Shown one piece after another: positions 30,886-52,658 of a stretch of DNA of 64,000 nucleotides. The position numbers and the translations under genes are program-made. The DNA lies in contig NC_058131.1 in the NCBI RefSeq assembly GCF_016433145.1, positions 232,169,076-232,233,075 of the forward strand. Reading direction: 5' to 3'. The notes under the pieces were generated by a model, which had not been told where the DNA came from, did not search any database, and saw only the letters and a list, made by a program, of their open reading frames with translations. Position 1 is the stretch's first letter. The number at the start of each line of letters is the position of its first letter. Source of the stretch: Gracilinanus agilis. Its lineage: Eukaryota.

Positions 30886-33150
30886 GAATTTTAGGAAATT
30901 GAAAATCTTTTTTTTTTTTTTTTTTTTATACCTCAAGGGAATGTCAGGCATACAGTAACAAGCTTTGAAGAAGTATTTTAGAGTAGGACATTGTGTCCTT
31001 TGTGTCTTCATACTACTATTCTCCCTACTGGTGAAACTAACCCTACCTATTAGGGATCTGCATCTCTAGTTTTTAGGACACTATTTTCTAACCTTTTCTG
31101 TATAAGGAAACTGAGGTCCTGTGAGGTGAAATAATTTACCTAGCTACTGGAAGTGCTAGAACTAGATTCTAAATCATTTGATTAATAGGACACTCAATTC
31201 CCCATCACCCATTTTTCCTCTTATTTTTACCCCAGTTATGGTCACCTCCTCCCCACCATAATGCCAAAGAGGAGGGAGAAAATACAGAATGTTGCAATAA
31301 TATCAAGGACATCTTTGTGTCAAACTGGAAGGTTCCAATCAGAAACAGTTGGGAAGTGGTATACAAGAATAGAGCTTATGATTATGCAGAGCATATATGA
31401 TTCCCCAGATCCACCACACCTGTGTTCCCCTCCACCTGGTTTTTATGAAGTCATGCTTTGCCTGGACATGTGAAGTGTGATACAAGTGGGGAAAAAAGCC
31501 AGATTGATTTGTTTCCTTAGGGAAAAGGGAAGTCTAAAGGAGAGGATTAGGTTGGGGAAGGAGGAGAACAAAGGGTATGTTAATCAGTCCCCACTTTACT
31601 GGAAGCCTAAATTCTTTTTCAAGGATGGCTGACTATCAACTCCCTGGTTCTGGCTGTAGAGATCAAGAGGTCAGAGTATCAGCAAGAACACTTGCAAGTT
31701 TTCCTTCAGAGTTCTATATCTGTCCTTGTTTCCTTCTCTGTTACACTGATCAAATCTCACACATTTTCCCCTTAGTACTTTCAGAATATATGGTATTTAC
31801 TATCTTTTGTTTTCCCTAAGTTTTTTATGTTTCCTCTGTGGAGCAGAGATAAAAATTTCCAGGGTCAGAACTCCTCATGTCAATAGCAGTCTGGCACAGT
31901 ATGTGGGATTACAGAAATGCCTTTTCCTTCTACCTCATCCCCTACCCCCAGTCTCCTTTAGCACAAGAGTTCCAAGTGGTACCCTACATGAAGCTTAAGC
32001 TCCCTAGAATGTTCCTGAAATCTTAGTGTTCCTTCTGCCATTCACCCATTCCTAGTCTCTCTAGTCCTGGTTTAATCTGTGACCAAAGGGTCACTGTTCC
32101 CCAGGTAGCAGGGGAATTGAGACTTTAAAGATTTATTCCATGAAAGGGTAGAATGAAACTTTTTCCAGAGAGGAATTTGTTCCACCCCCTCATCCCTGGC
32201 CCCACCTCAGCTGACTTAAAAGGTTAGATCCTTAGTCCCTATTGAGAGCTTCAACTTAGAAAGTTCAACAACTCTTGCCACTTACCAGCCAAACTCAGCT
32301 TCAGTAGAAAGATCTCATCTCCAGGTATGTGTTTGCACCCAAGAAGGCTTCTGTTTTATTTGCCTTCCCTCAATCCCAACTCTTCTTCTACACCACAGTT
32401 CCTAGCAGTGCCTTCATTGTTCTTATCCTGAGCCCCTAACTATTCTTTCTCTGTCTATCCCTGGCTTTTCTTTTCCTCTCTAGCTCTGAGCCCTTCAGCT
32501 TCTCCAGCACTCTTCTGTGTTTTTGCTAGGGGAATGGTTCTAGTGAGAGTCTGAAGGAAGGGGTGCCATATTGTTTCCAAGTGGAGGTATAAAGAATAGT
32601 GTTTGTAATAATCCTTGGAGAATCCCAGCAGAAAGTTTCTAAGACATTGGGATTATTTCAGGAAGATACTGGGAAGAGACAACAAAGATGCCAGGTAGGA
32701 CAATGAGAGTTTGGGAGGTTATGACTAGAAGTACTGATTGAAGCAATATAATGGTTAATCTTCCATTCCTATTCCCTGCTGGGTTCTGGCGCCAGACTGT
32801 GCTATTCTGACTTCGTGAACTGTGATTGCTGGTTCTATGCCGTGTTGACTTTTGTCTAGTTGTTGGAGTGTCGACCCTCTAAGGGCTTTGAATTTGAGCA
32901 GATCCAAAGACCCTAGCCAAGCTTTAATGTCTTCTCTCTTATGCCTGTGTTGGCTTTCTGCCCTACTCCATCCTTCTGTAACCTCTTATATAGACATGTG
33001 TCTGCTTTCAAATCCTTTCTGTTAATCCAAGGCTGAAATGTCTGGCTTCAGCTGTGGGAAGCACCATGGGGAGTAGATGTGGGAGTAGACAAGATCTGAC
33101 CCTGATTTGGTACAAGTTTCCTTGACAGGATTCCCTAATTTCTTTGACAG

Positions 33151-33293
33151 TTTGGCTTCTACCATGCCATGTGACAGAAGAGGAGAACATCGAGGAGAGT
33201 GATTGGGCACTAAGGTGTAGTTGCAATTCATCTTTTGCCTTTGCACGACTAGAAAGCATTGCAGAATCTGTAAGGGATACCCAGGTACAGGGG
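33151..33293 (+). other. SLC5A6: 5'UTR part of the first SLC5A6 coding exon
   Basis: Acceptor ttccctaatttctttgacag|TTTGG at 33150/33151, 143 nt upstream of the ATG at 33294 (GGGATGA context). Similar to the roughly 140 nt leader I recall for the human ATG exon. Confidence 0.65.
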
Positions 33294-41356
<8,063 letters not shown>

Positions 41357-41662
41357 CATGGGAGCAGAACAGAATCCACTGTCTCTGATTCACCTTCTAC
41401 TCATGAGGCAAACACATCAACCCCTCTCTCCTGCAGACCAAGAGCGCTCCTGTATCCATTCCAATGGGGATGTCTGAGTGCCAAAGGACCATCTTACCGC
41501 ATGATGCACCCTACAGGATAGCTGGCACCATGATTTCCAGTCATTGACCATCTTGTTATTTTTCATTATTGTTGGCCCTTCTTCATGTCCTTAGCAGAAA
41601 ATCATCTAAAAATAAGAGGAGCCAATACAGTGTCCCCAGGGAAGGAGGCCCTCTTCAGGGAG

Positions 41663-41668
41663 ATTAAA
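41663..41668 (+). terminator. Candidate SLC5A6 polyadenylation signal ATTAAA
   Basis: Only canonical or near-canonical hexamer I found in the first kb after the stop; followed by a modestly GU-rich stretch. Confidence 0.3.
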
Positions 41669-43516
41669 AGAGAACTTGTTGGAGACTGGTTTAACCTAAG
41701 ACTCTCTATCCCTCCCCCCACCCCCCAACACAGGACCTTGGTGTCAATGACCTAGCCCCAACTTAAGCATAGTCTGCACAAGACAGAGAGTTCTCCAGAG
41801 GTCAAGAGAAGCCGTGGTCTCCAGGAGCTCCCACTAGTGAAAGACTTTCCTGTTTTGCTAAAGGGTTTAGTAGGCCTCGTTGGACTGATAGGGGAAGTTT
41901 CTAGCACACACTGCAGGAACGAGTAGAGATAGGACAGGCTCTGACCATCAGAAGCAAAAGCAAAGTGCACTGACCAGGCTGGTGGATACCTCCTGCCCTC
42001 TGATTTGAGGCTTACACCTCTTTGTTTCCTGATTGATCAACTGCTCTGCTCTCCTACCTGAATGTTCTGCCTCTTTTGGAGGCTTCACATACCCATTTGC
42101 CCTGGGGAATACAGTTCTTTTAAGTGGACTCAACCAAGCTCCTCTTTATTGCACCTGGCCTGTGCCCACCCTGAAGGCATTATCACTTTATGGTGTAGTA
42201 TCCCCAGCAAATCTTGTTTTGCCTGCTTACCCTGGACCCCAAATCTGAGTCAATGGGAATTTGATCTGGGAAACTTTTTTTTTCTTGAGAAATTTTCCCC
42301 ATGCTTCTTCATTGCCCAGCCTCTTTTCATACACTCTTCCCCTCTGTTGTCAGCCATGGCCAGGCCTTCCTTGTCCTAGTAAGTAGGAACTTATAGGGAG
42401 TAGGCTAAACTTGAAGGGATGCCCTCTGGTACCTGTGATGAGACTTATTGGGTCATTCCTGAGCACCAAGGAGAGTTTTGGGGTCCCCAATGGGGAGTGT
42501 GCCAATCAGGTCCTGAAGTACTTTGTGGGGACAAGACCAGTGTTCTCCCTCCATCATCTTAGCTCTGCTCTGGTACACCTCTACCATCTTTCTTCCCTCC
42601 AGTGGAAAACAGTGTAACATATGACCTTATCTTAAAGGGGCCCATGCCTCTCAAGTCTTGGAGCAGGAAGAAATATTTACCCAGAAGGTAGAGGGAGAAG
42701 TAAGCAGTTGAGCAGTCTTCCCTACCCCACCCTACACTAGCTGATTCTAAACTTTCTGTTATTCCCTGGAAAGGCTGCCCCCTTGTCTTTCATCCTTGGA
42801 GTGTATATTCCCAGACTCCTTTTTTCTCCTTCACAACACTCCTCTTCCCCCCTCACCCTGGCCAGTGCCACCTCAGCCCAGTGAAGAAGACATCATTGCT
42901 ATTCAGCTTTTAAAAATAGAACATTTGAGCTGGACTTTTATGGTCTTGGAGTGAGGAACACTGTGCTCACACCCTCCTCCCACACCTGGACGCTCCACAG
43001 CCCCCAACTCCCTCCCACCCCCAGTGCAGCTGCCTGAGAAGCAGCTCCATCCAAGTTCCCCATAGCCTGGTCCCAAGCAGATTTATGAGTTTATCCTTGG
43101 CTGAGGCCTCCTTCTCATGGCTTCCAGCCATGTCTCAACTGCTCCTCCACATCCTGGGCAGCCCCAGACCTCAGACCTTCCCTGTTCTCTATTCCACCCC
43201 ATCTCAATTTGGTCTTTTTCCTCCAGCCTCATTCTCTTCTGTGCCCCAGACCCCCAAACTTGTAGCTCAGCAGCTTCATCCTAAAATCCAGGGCTATGGT
43301 CATTTATTGTCTTGAGAACTAAAAAAATATTCCTCAATATTCTCAGGACTCTGGAATGGCTTCTATGTAAGGACAAGTTGGGAGAAGACTAAAATCTCTC
43401 TTCCTATATCTCCCCATCTCTATGGCCCAATCAGACCCTTTGATACAAGGTTTTAGGCCAAGGACTGGTGTAGATTTTCTGCTGCCTCACTCTGGGCTTT
43501 GGGCTCCACTCCCTCT

Positions 43517-43522
43517 TTTATT
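43517..43522 (-). terminator. Candidate TCF23 polyadenylation signal AATAAA (second candidate at 43303-43308)
   Basis: First tttatt on + strand downstream of the TCF23 stop at 44930, implying a 3'UTR of about 1.4 kb. Confidence 0.4.
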
Positions 43523-44204
43523 AGGGCAGAGACCTTGGTTATAGTGACCATGTCTCAGCTATACCAATGCAGGTCAGTATGAACCTGAAGAGATTGGTGT
43601 TTATCCTGTTAGAAGGATGCCTTTTTTCCCAGAGGTCTAAGTATGGGAGGCAAAGCAAATCTAGTCTTGGGAGAGTTGGGTGGGAGTAGCATGTATGGTA
43701 GAAGGAGCACTGGCTCTAGATTCACAGGAAGGACATATTACTGGGGGTTCAAATCATGCCTTAGATGCACATACCTCAGACAGGTCACAACCTCCCTGCT
43801 GCTCAATTTCTTCTATTCAAAAATGTGAGAGTTACAGCCTGAGGATCCTTCCAGCTTTGGATTTAGGATCTGGTAAAACTGAAGTAGATAGACTAGACAG
43901 CTGGGACTTTTCCCTGGGAATTAGAAATGTAAGAGCTGGGCGTTTGTTTACATGTAAATATGACTTGCTGAGGAAGGAAAAAGAATTGGAGAAGGAAAGC
44001 AGCAGAGCCCAGTAAGGAACAAAAAAATGGGCATTTGGGGCACTTTTCAGGAAGTATAAGAAGTGTGAATCCATGAATGTCCTGCCCAACAAAGGCTATC
44101 TAGACATCTTAGACTTGGTTTTTATCAGGACCACCTAGACCCCTATTACACTTCTGTAATTCCCAGTGATGCTTATTTGGTCCTTGGGCCTACCTCTTGT
44201 ACAA

Positions 44205-44391
44205 TTTTTTTTTTTAAACCCTTGTACTTCGGTGTATTGTCTCATAGGTGGAAGATTGGTAAGGGTGGGCAATGGGGGTCAAGTGACTTGCCCAGGGTCA
44301 CACAGCTGGGAAGTGGCTGAGGCCGGGTTTGAACCTAGGACCTCCTGTCTCTAGGCCTGACTCTCACTCCACTGAGCTACCCAGCTGCCCC
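44205..44391 (-). mobile_element. Young SINE1_Mdo-type SINE in the putative TCF23 3'UTR
   Basis: Full length; TSD cctcttgtacaattt. Confidence 0.9.
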
Positions 44392-44929
44392 CTCTTGTAC
44401 AATTTTAAACTTAGCAATTCATGTTGTGAATGGAGCATCTTCTCCTTAATGCCTTGAGGTGCTAAATGCTCCACTATCACTGCCATCCAAGTCCCCTCTA
44501 CTTTTGCCCTTGGCTGTGCTGGCTATTCTCATACTCCACAATGTTAATTCAAAAGATCTTTGTAAGAGAGGCAAGAGGGAAAGACAGGTTTAAAGCGAAT
44601 TCATCAATCCAACTCAGTGACAGGAATCTAGAGCTGTCACATCCAATAATGGTAACTGAGTCACCACGAAGTTTTATCTCAAAGAGTCAAGTCCTGGTCC
44701 TTCTACTTTCCATCTGCCCTGTTGCCCCTCAGTCAAAAATCCCTTTCTCTGCCAGCTTTCTAAGCCTCGACTTTTCCCCATAAGGGATGTATGTGTACTG
44801 GAGTTTCTGAAAGCAGACCCTGCAATGGACCAATAGGCTAGAAAGTCATAAAAGGGATAAGTGGGGCCAGAATGAGGGAGCTACCCCCTTACTAAATTAA
44901 GGGCCCAGGCATAGGGGAAGCAGATGAAG

Positions 44930-47900
44930 TTATTTGCTGCTACAAGTTGGTGAGACTGGCTTGGGAGGAATGAATTCCACCTCTCCAGGGACTTGAGGAC
45001 TGACTGTTGATTCCCACATTCTCTGGCCAGGAGCACTGGTAGTAGGAGGGTCAAGGCCAGATGGCCCCAAGGCTCCAGCGTAGAGGCGAGATCTCATTGG
45101 CCATTTCTGTAAGACATGGGGATAAGAAATCAGTTCTGCCCATAACACATTGCAGAAACCCCAAATCATCTTGCAAGCCCAGAACTCTTATAACTTAAAT
45201 TCAGTTTTCCTTTAGCATCTCTACCTCACAAACTTCCTACACCCCATGAAACTAATTTGTATGCAATTTATATTTTTATTTGTCTTCATTTCCGCAGTAA
45301 CTGGCACACAATTGATATTTAATAAGTACACATTGAATGGACAAATTAAAACTGATGAGAGGCTCAACCTGAAATTCCAAAAGTTGATAAAGACTTTCCC
45401 ACACTATTTGCAAGGAGTACTGAGCCTGGCAATGTTGGCAACAGTGGCTGGAGGCTATAGGGAGTTCCCAAAGCCAGAAACTACATGGGGAAAGCTAGGT
45501 GGCTTAATGGCTAGAGTGCCAAGCGTAGAGATGGGAGGTCCTGGGTTCAAATCTAACCTCAGATGCTTCCTAGCTGTGTGACCTTGGGCAAGTCACTTAA
45601 CCTTCATTGCCTAGCCCTTACCACTCTTCTGCCTTGGAACCAATACACAGTATTGATTCCAAGATGGAAGGTAAGCGTTTTAAAAAAAAGTCTTACATCC
45701 AAATTGAGGCCATGAAATCAGTACCAGCCTTCTGCCCTGACTTTGGTTAGCCAATGAAAGCGCTAGATCAACTTCACATCTATTGTTCATTACCAGCACT
45801 GCTCTAGTCCAACCCACACCTGAAAGAATCTCCACTCTGATATTGCCAAAGAAGTTATCGTCTAACCTCTGCCCAAGCCCTCCAGGGAAGTGGCACCTAC
45901 CTACTCTGGAAGCAGTCCATTCTGCTGTTGGATGGCTCTAAGTATTGGGCAGTTTTTCCTGGAATCAAGCCTAAATTGTCCTCTTGGCAATTCTGAGGTC
46001 ATCATTCCTGGTTCTGGCCTTTTAGAGGCACCATATTATAGTATGGTCATTTTCAAAGTGGCCCCTGGGACCCCTTGAGAATCCACAAGACCCTTTCAAG
46101 GAGTGTGCAAGATCAAAGCTATTCATAATGATAATAAAACATTTTAACTTCCAGAACAGTAAATATTGATAGATATAACCCACATAAGCAAAAGCTCTGT
46201 GGAGTCCTTTATAGTTGATTTGGATTTTTTTAAACCTTTACTTTCTGTTTTAGTAACAACTACAAAGAGGTTAAGTGACTTGTACAGGGTCACTCAGCTA
46301 GGATGTGTCTGAGGCCAGATTTGAACCCAGGTTCTCCTGACTCTGGACCTAGCAGCCCTGTCCCTTATAGTTTTTAAGAGTGAGTGAGTGATGAGACCAA
46401 AAAGTCTGAGAACTGTTGGCTATAGAGGAAAGAGCACTGGGCATCTAGGTGGCTCAATGGATAGAAAGCCAGGCTAGGAAATAGGAATTCCTGGGTTCAA
46501 ATATGACCTCAGACACCTCCAACTGTGTGATCCTGAGCAAGAATTTAACTCTCATTGCCTAGCCCTTACCACTCTTCTTTTAAAAACAAAACAAAACAAA
46601 AACCCTTACCTTCCAACTTGGAACCAATACCTTGTATTGGCTCCAAGGCAGAAGAATGGTAAGGGTTAGGCAATGGGGGTTAAGTGACTTGCCCAGGGTC
46701 ACACAGCTGGGAAGTGGCTGAGGCCAGATTTGAACCTAGTCTCTAGGCCTGGCTCTCAATCCACTAAGCTACCCAGCAGCTCCCCTTCTGCCTTGGAACT
46801 GATACTTATTATTGATTCTAAGACTGATACTTATTATTGATTCTAAGACAAAAGGCAGGAGTTGCTTTTGGTTTTGTTTTAGTTTTAAGAAAGAGCATTA
46901 GTCTCTATGTTAGAATACCTGGGTTTGAACCCCACCTCTTCCACTTAATTAGCTGTTTGATCTTGGCAAGCCACTACCTCTCCTAAAGCCAAGTTTCTTT
47001 TTATAATATCTGTAGTCTTCCCTCTACCTGGATGAAAGGGCTCTTCCCCAACCTCTTTAACAGTGTTCTCATTCTATTCTTTCTGTGACCCCCTGTATAT
47101 TACCTGTGTGATGTCAGGATGCTCATTCAAAATTCTCACCCTCTTAGACTTAAGATTTCTTGCCTTTAAGCTAAATTTTCTGACTCGTACTTCCAGGTAT
47201 TATGTTTTTGTGTATGATTGCTAGGGTTCTAAATAAGAAGCAATGAGTATAAGACATAAAGAGTGAGGCTTGGAGATAAAAGTCCTGCTTCTGACCCGTA
47301 ACAGACTTTGTGACCCTGGACAATTCACTTTTTTTTTTTTTTTTTTTGTATTTTTTTTTTTATTTTAAACCCTTAACTTCTGTGTATTGACTTTATAGGT
47401 GGAAGATTGGTAAGGGTAGGCAATGGGGGTCAAGTGACTTGCCCAGGGTCACACAGCTGGGAAGTGTCTGAGGCCGGATTTGAACCTAGGACCTCCCGTC
47501 TCTAGGCCTGGCTCTCAATCCACTGAGCTACGACAATTCACTTTTAACCTTTCTCAGACCCAGTTTTCCTATCTGTAAATTGGGGTTAATATTAGTAGCC
47601 ATCTCATAAAGTTGTTGCAAGATATATATATATATGTGTATAAAGTACTTTGAAATACTTAAAGTTAAATATAATATTGGTCATTTTCCTTTTTAAAGAG
47701 GAGGGGGAAACATAATTCATCATTCTGTAGCCAATCTGGTGACGGGCCTTACCAAAACTAGGCAGGGCCCTGGCACAACAGACATAGTGTCAGTGAAGGC
47801 TCTCCAGCTCAGAGGACTGATCACAGCTTACTCTCTACTAGGAACAATCTTTAAGAAGGAAAATAACAATGATAATGCCAAGCTGTCTCCCTAAATTAAA

Positions 47901-49879
47901 TCAAGTGCCACATCCGCACCATGATAAAACTTCATTCAGAAGAGGGAGTGGAAGAATGGGAAAAGTTTTTAATAACTATATATTTTCTTGATATTATTTA
48001 AGAAAAAGAAATGATGAGAATAGTGTCCTGAAGAAGGCTGCGGTTAAGTTTCCAGGCTGACACAGTTAACCCTCATCACAATGTTGTTTTCCAGGGATAA
48101 GGCCCTCCCCCTCCCATACACTTGCCACCTCTATTCTAAAGAGAGAGAGTGCCCTGCTGAATACTTAGGGACACACTGGGCAGACAGCTGGGTCCCCAAA
48201 CCTGTTTTCCATCAAAGGGAGGGCTACACAATAGAGCTAGGGAACAATGATTGGGAGACAGCGCTAGGCATCTTCCTGGCTATTCCTCTCTAGAAGATGG
48301 CCAGGGTCAGCTTCAGAATCACAGTGGCTCTGAGCTGGAAGAGACGTCACAGGCCACCTAGCCCAAGCCTTTCATTTTCCAGAAAAAGGAACCGAAGTCC
48401 AGATCGGGCGCATGATCACCTGGTTAGGAAAGTAATACTGCTGGGCTTCCAACGCCAGCCTTCTGGCTCTGAGGAACTCTTCACTGTACCATGCTCTCTT
48501 TCCAACAAACTCCCCCCCAACCCTACACACACACCCTGAACTCTACCCAGTTCTACCTTCTCTCACCCCCTCCCCATTGCCCACAAGAGAACTGCCATCT
48601 GCCAGCTGATTCACAGTATTTTCTATGCAAAGAAGAATCCAAAGCCCAACATCCCAAGGGAAAAGCCTATGTTGCCAGCATCTTCCATCCCCATCCCAAA
48701 GAGAAGTATCTTGTGGAGTTACCTTGAGAGGGTGCAAGTAGCGGAGTCCACGCAGGAAGGGCGGCCAGGCTACCCCAGGCAGCTCCTGGCCTAGAGTTTG
48801 GGTAAGATGGGCTATGTAGCTAGTGGCCAGGACCAGTACATCTAGTTTGGAGAGCTTGGTGTCAGGGGGCACTGCGGGTAATGCCGCCTGCAGGGCCAGA
48901 AAGGCTTGACGCAGGGTCCTTACTCGACTCCGTTCCCGGGCAGCATTCTCTGGGCTCGATTCACCCTGTATAGTAGCCCAGGAGAGAGAATTAATACCAG
49001 TGTCCTTCCTCTCAAATATGCTACTTGGCTCCTTTATCTTACTATTTTAACCCATCTCCTCGTCAGCTCCTAATTGATCCTGACCTCCATGCTGAACCCC
49101 AGATTTAAGTATCAGAATCATAAGCTCAGTGCGCTTAATGCCAAGCTGTGGGAAGGTAAGTAACAATAACAATAATAACTCACATTCCTATAGTGCTTTG
49201 CATTTTTCAAAGTACCTTCTTTATACCCTCCTGGGGTAGGGAATGCAAGAACCATGAGCACCATTTTATAGATGAGAAAATAAAATCTCAGAGATGTAAA
49301 GCAATTTGCTTGTGGTCACTTAGCAAATAAGTGGCAGACCTGGGACTTACGTGTAGGTCTTGTCCTTGGATTCTACGGCCAACATTTTTTAAAAATTTAA
49401 CTTTCCAGAGTAGGTGCTCGCCATCCCAAGACCTAGACCTTAAACTCAAAGAGATCCAATGACACCAGTTCTAGGAGAGGATCAGCTCCAGCCCTCAAAC
49501 ATGGCGCTTCACCTTTGATAGAGCTGCCACCATCCTGACATACTCTCTACATGGAGACTCTCCATTCTACTCCCACCCCCCTTATCTCAATCAGTTCCAT
49601 CTTCCCTTGGCCCTGGTGGGTCAGACCTTTGTAGAGGTTCTTTAGGGATGTCCTTTCTCTTACCCTGCCAACAGCCAAGCTCCTGGCTCTGGGACTATGG
49701 ATGGCGGGGCCAGGTCTGCTCCATCTCTGGCTGCCCCAGCTAGTCTCTCCCCATAGTCCCTGTTTCGCCTTCATCAGGCGGCTCCTCTTCCTGTCAGTGC
49801 CCAGTGCCAGCCCAGATCCGCTGCTGTGGCCCCCCAGTGCAGGCATCTCTGGAGAAGTCCTGGCTTCTCTCTGTGTCAT
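44930..49879 (-). CDS. TCF23: Transcription factor 23 (OUT), class II bHLH protein, 211 aa
   Basis: Exons 49664-49879 ([13 protein letters not shown]...DRKRSRL...SQRWSR), 48723-48965 ([51 protein letters not shown], bHLH), 44930-45106 ([11 protein letters not shown]...*). Total 636 nt, phase-0 GT-AG introns. Confidence 0.95.
45488..45690 (+). mobile_element. SINE1_Mdo-type SINE in TCF23 intron 2
   Basis: Head, B box, CORE, gattccaagatggaaggtaag and A tail. Confidence 0.85.
46040..46420. mobile_element. hAT/Charlie-like non-autonomous DNA transposon remnant interrupted by a SINE (about 46205-46360, minus)
   Basis: Ends resemble MER5/Charlie termini (ttttcaaagtggcccctgggacccc ... gagaccaaaaagtctgagaactgttgg). 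The internal SINE is flanked by the direct repeat c(t/c)ttatagtt. Confidence 0.45.
46438..46865 (+). mobile_element. SINE with a second SINE (about 46580-46785, minus) nested in it
   Basis: Host breaks at cttaccactcttct and resumes at cttctgccttggaac; the insert is an antisense SINE with a (t)4a/aaaac tail. Confidence 0.75.
47330..47531 (-). mobile_element. Young SINE1_Mdo-type SINE inserted in a MIR-like element
   Basis: Long poly(T); TSD gacaattcactttt; MIR CORE continues on both sides. Confidence 0.85.
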
Positions 49880-50419
49880 GTCACCCTGCTGAGATGGGGT
49901 GCTGCCCACAGGACAGGGAAGCAGCTCCTGTGTGGGCCCCTGGGCTGTGGCTGGCCGGAGTTAGATGGTCAGCTGGCCAGGAGTGTCTTTATCTGTGGGA
50001 GCTGGCGCCAACTCGGCCCTGCTCCACTCCTTGCTCTGGGAAAACCGCCCACCCAGCCCATCCCCCTCAAAAACCTCCTGCTTGCCTTGCACCCCAGCCT
50101 GGGCAGGGGGAGGACATTGTGGGCTGGGGTTGGGGGGAGGGAGGAAAGGGAGGGAAGAGGGTGATGTCTACTGGGAGTGGCCAGGCACTGGGAGGGAACC
50201 CATGCTGAGGAAGGCTGGAGGGTAGATGGAAACTGAAATCTATTCCCCTTAGTCAGGCCCCACTCTGAAAGAATTCTTGTGGTGGCCTTGGGAACTCAGT
50301 TTTGGGACACCAGTCCAGCCTGCTGGAGTTCAAGTAGAGACTACTAAGACCCAACTCCTCCCAAACAACAACAAAATCCATCTAGTCCCTGTCAAATGGC
50401 TACTGAGAAAGTTCATCTA

Positions 50420-52150
50420 TCTCCCTTTCAGTAAGAGCTTTTCTTCTCCCTAATCTCCAAGACTCAACAAGCACTTACTAAGTTATTATGTGCAGAGCTC
50501 TGAGCTAAGTAGCTATAGAGAGAAAAGTGAAACTACTCTTCCCTTCAAGGAACTTCCCTGGCCAGAGGGGAGAGGGAGAAGTGACAGTTGGACAGATAAG
50601 TACAAGTTTGGGAATCAAGGGGACCAAGATGAAATCTAGACAAAGTACACAGAGAATATTTTGGGAGAGAAGAGTTGGATCTCAGAAGGCTACATGGAAG
50701 AGGTGGTTCCTAAGGTGAACTTTGAAAGGAAATAAGTCTTCTGGAAGGGTCGACTGGAAAGAAAATTCATTCCAGATATGGGGAAGGGTGGTGGTGGATG
50801 CATTGCAGGTAAATGTCTGAATGTAGGCAATGAATTCAGGTAACAGCTAATAGTCTAGTATGGCTATAATGTTGAATATAGAAAAGGGAGGGATGGGAAA
50901 TGAGGATTGATAGATTGAAGAGAGATTATGGAGGTCCTTAAATGTTTAGGTAAGAAATTTCTATTTTAATTCTAGAAGCTACCAAAAACCTGTACGAGGT
51001 TTTTGTGTAGATGAGTTGAGTGGCATAGCTACTCCCAAACCTTGGAAAGGGTGAAGGATGGATTGAAAAGGGAAGAGTCTAGAAAGACTGGATTTATGGA
51101 AAACAATCAGAAGGTTCTTGCAATAATCTTGGTAAGTGGTAATAACAAGGTCCTGAACTAGAGTGATGGCAATGGAAGTAGAAATGGGAGTAGAAACAAA
51201 AGATATTGTGAATAAAGAATCTACAAGACTAGATAAATGATTAAATATGGGCGTTGAAGTGAATCTTGGGTTTTAAACCAAGGTCTCTGGGAGGATAGTC
51301 GTGCCCTCCACAGAAATGAAGAATTTTAGAGAAGGAAGGGGCAGGTTTGGGAGTATAATGATGAGTTCCATTTTGGATATGTTGAATTTGAGGTACCAGC
51401 AGGCAGTTCTATCACCAGTTAGAAAAGAGATTAGGATTGGAAATATAGATTAGGAGTTACCTACACAGTGGTGAAAATGGAAGTTATAGAAGTTATGGAA
51501 CTCACCAAGGGAATGTAGAGAGAAGAGAAAAAGGACCAGGATGGAATTTTTTTTTTTTAACCCTTACCTTCCATCTTGGAGTCAATACTGTGTATTAGCT
51601 CCAAGGCAGAAGAGTGGTAAGGGTAGGCAAAGGGGGTCAAGTGACTTGCCCAGGGTCACACAGCTGGGAAGTGTCTGAGGCCAAATTTGAACCTAGAACG
51701 TCCCGTCTCTAGGCCTGGTTCTCAATCCACTGAGCTACCCAGCTGTCCCCCAGGATGGAACTTTGAGAGACACCCACACTCAGGGACTGAAAGATAGATG
51801 GTGAACCAGGAAAGCAGACTGAGAAACAGTCTGATAGGCAGGAAAACTAGGAGAAAGAGAGTATCCAGGTTGAAGGGTTAATAGTATCAAAAGTGTAGAT
51901 GTCAAAGAGGTAGAAGACTGAGAAAAGGCCATTGGATTGGGCAGTTAAGATCATCTATGGCCTTGGGAGGCAGTTTTAGTAGAAACTGATTAGAAACCAG
52001 ATTTTCAGGGATTGAGAAGCAGATATGTGGTGAGGAAGTAGAAGCTGAGAGTGTAGCTAACTTTCTAGGAGTTGAACAGGAAGAGAAAGATATAGGAAAA
52101 TGCCCTAAGGAGATAGAAAGGTCACATAAAGGTTTCCTAGCTTCTTGGGC
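50420..52150. mobile_element. Degenerate L2-like LINE remnants upstream of TCF23, interrupted by a SINE at 51546-51751 (minus; TSD ccaggatggaa)
   Basis: L2-like motifs caacaagcacttactaag, gagttccattttggatatgttgaatttgagg and aggccattggattgggcagttaag; purine-rich decay. Confidence 0.5.
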
Positions 52151-52658
52151 ACACAGCCACCTTCACCCAAACTAGAGCCCAGCAATGAGGATTAGGTTTA
52201 ATATTATTGTACTTTGCAGTCCAAAGGTCCTTTCTCTCACAGTGCTTGATTCAAAAAAGAGACTAAGAAAATAATCCCTGGTATTTAAAGCTCTCTATAA
52301 TCTTTCATTCCCCTAAAAGGTGCAAGAACCAACAAGAAGAAATTTCAGTCTAGACATGCTTCTCCCCAAGAGGGTGAAATAGTTCTAAGAAGGTTGGAAG
52401 GAAGTACTCAGCACTGTAAAGTAATGAGGAAAGGGATTATTGCATAAATTGTTCCTCTGAACAGAGGAATTAAAAACCTAAGAGAAAGGGCAGGTAGGTG
52501 GCTCTCTGAATAGAAGGCTAGACCTGGAGATAGGAAGTCCTCACTTTAAATCTGTTCTCAAACACTTCCTAGCTGTGTGACTCTGGGCAAGTCTCTTAAC
52601 CCCAGTTGCCTAGCTCTTACTGCTCTTCTGCCTTGGAATCAATACACAGTATTAATTC

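Noticed and set aside
33144-33293. 201-aa ORF suggesting a 50-aa longer SMVT starting at 33144
   Set aside because: The start is a TTG inside the splice-acceptor tract (ctttgacag). The first in-frame ATG is at 33294. The open frame is noted only as a lead.
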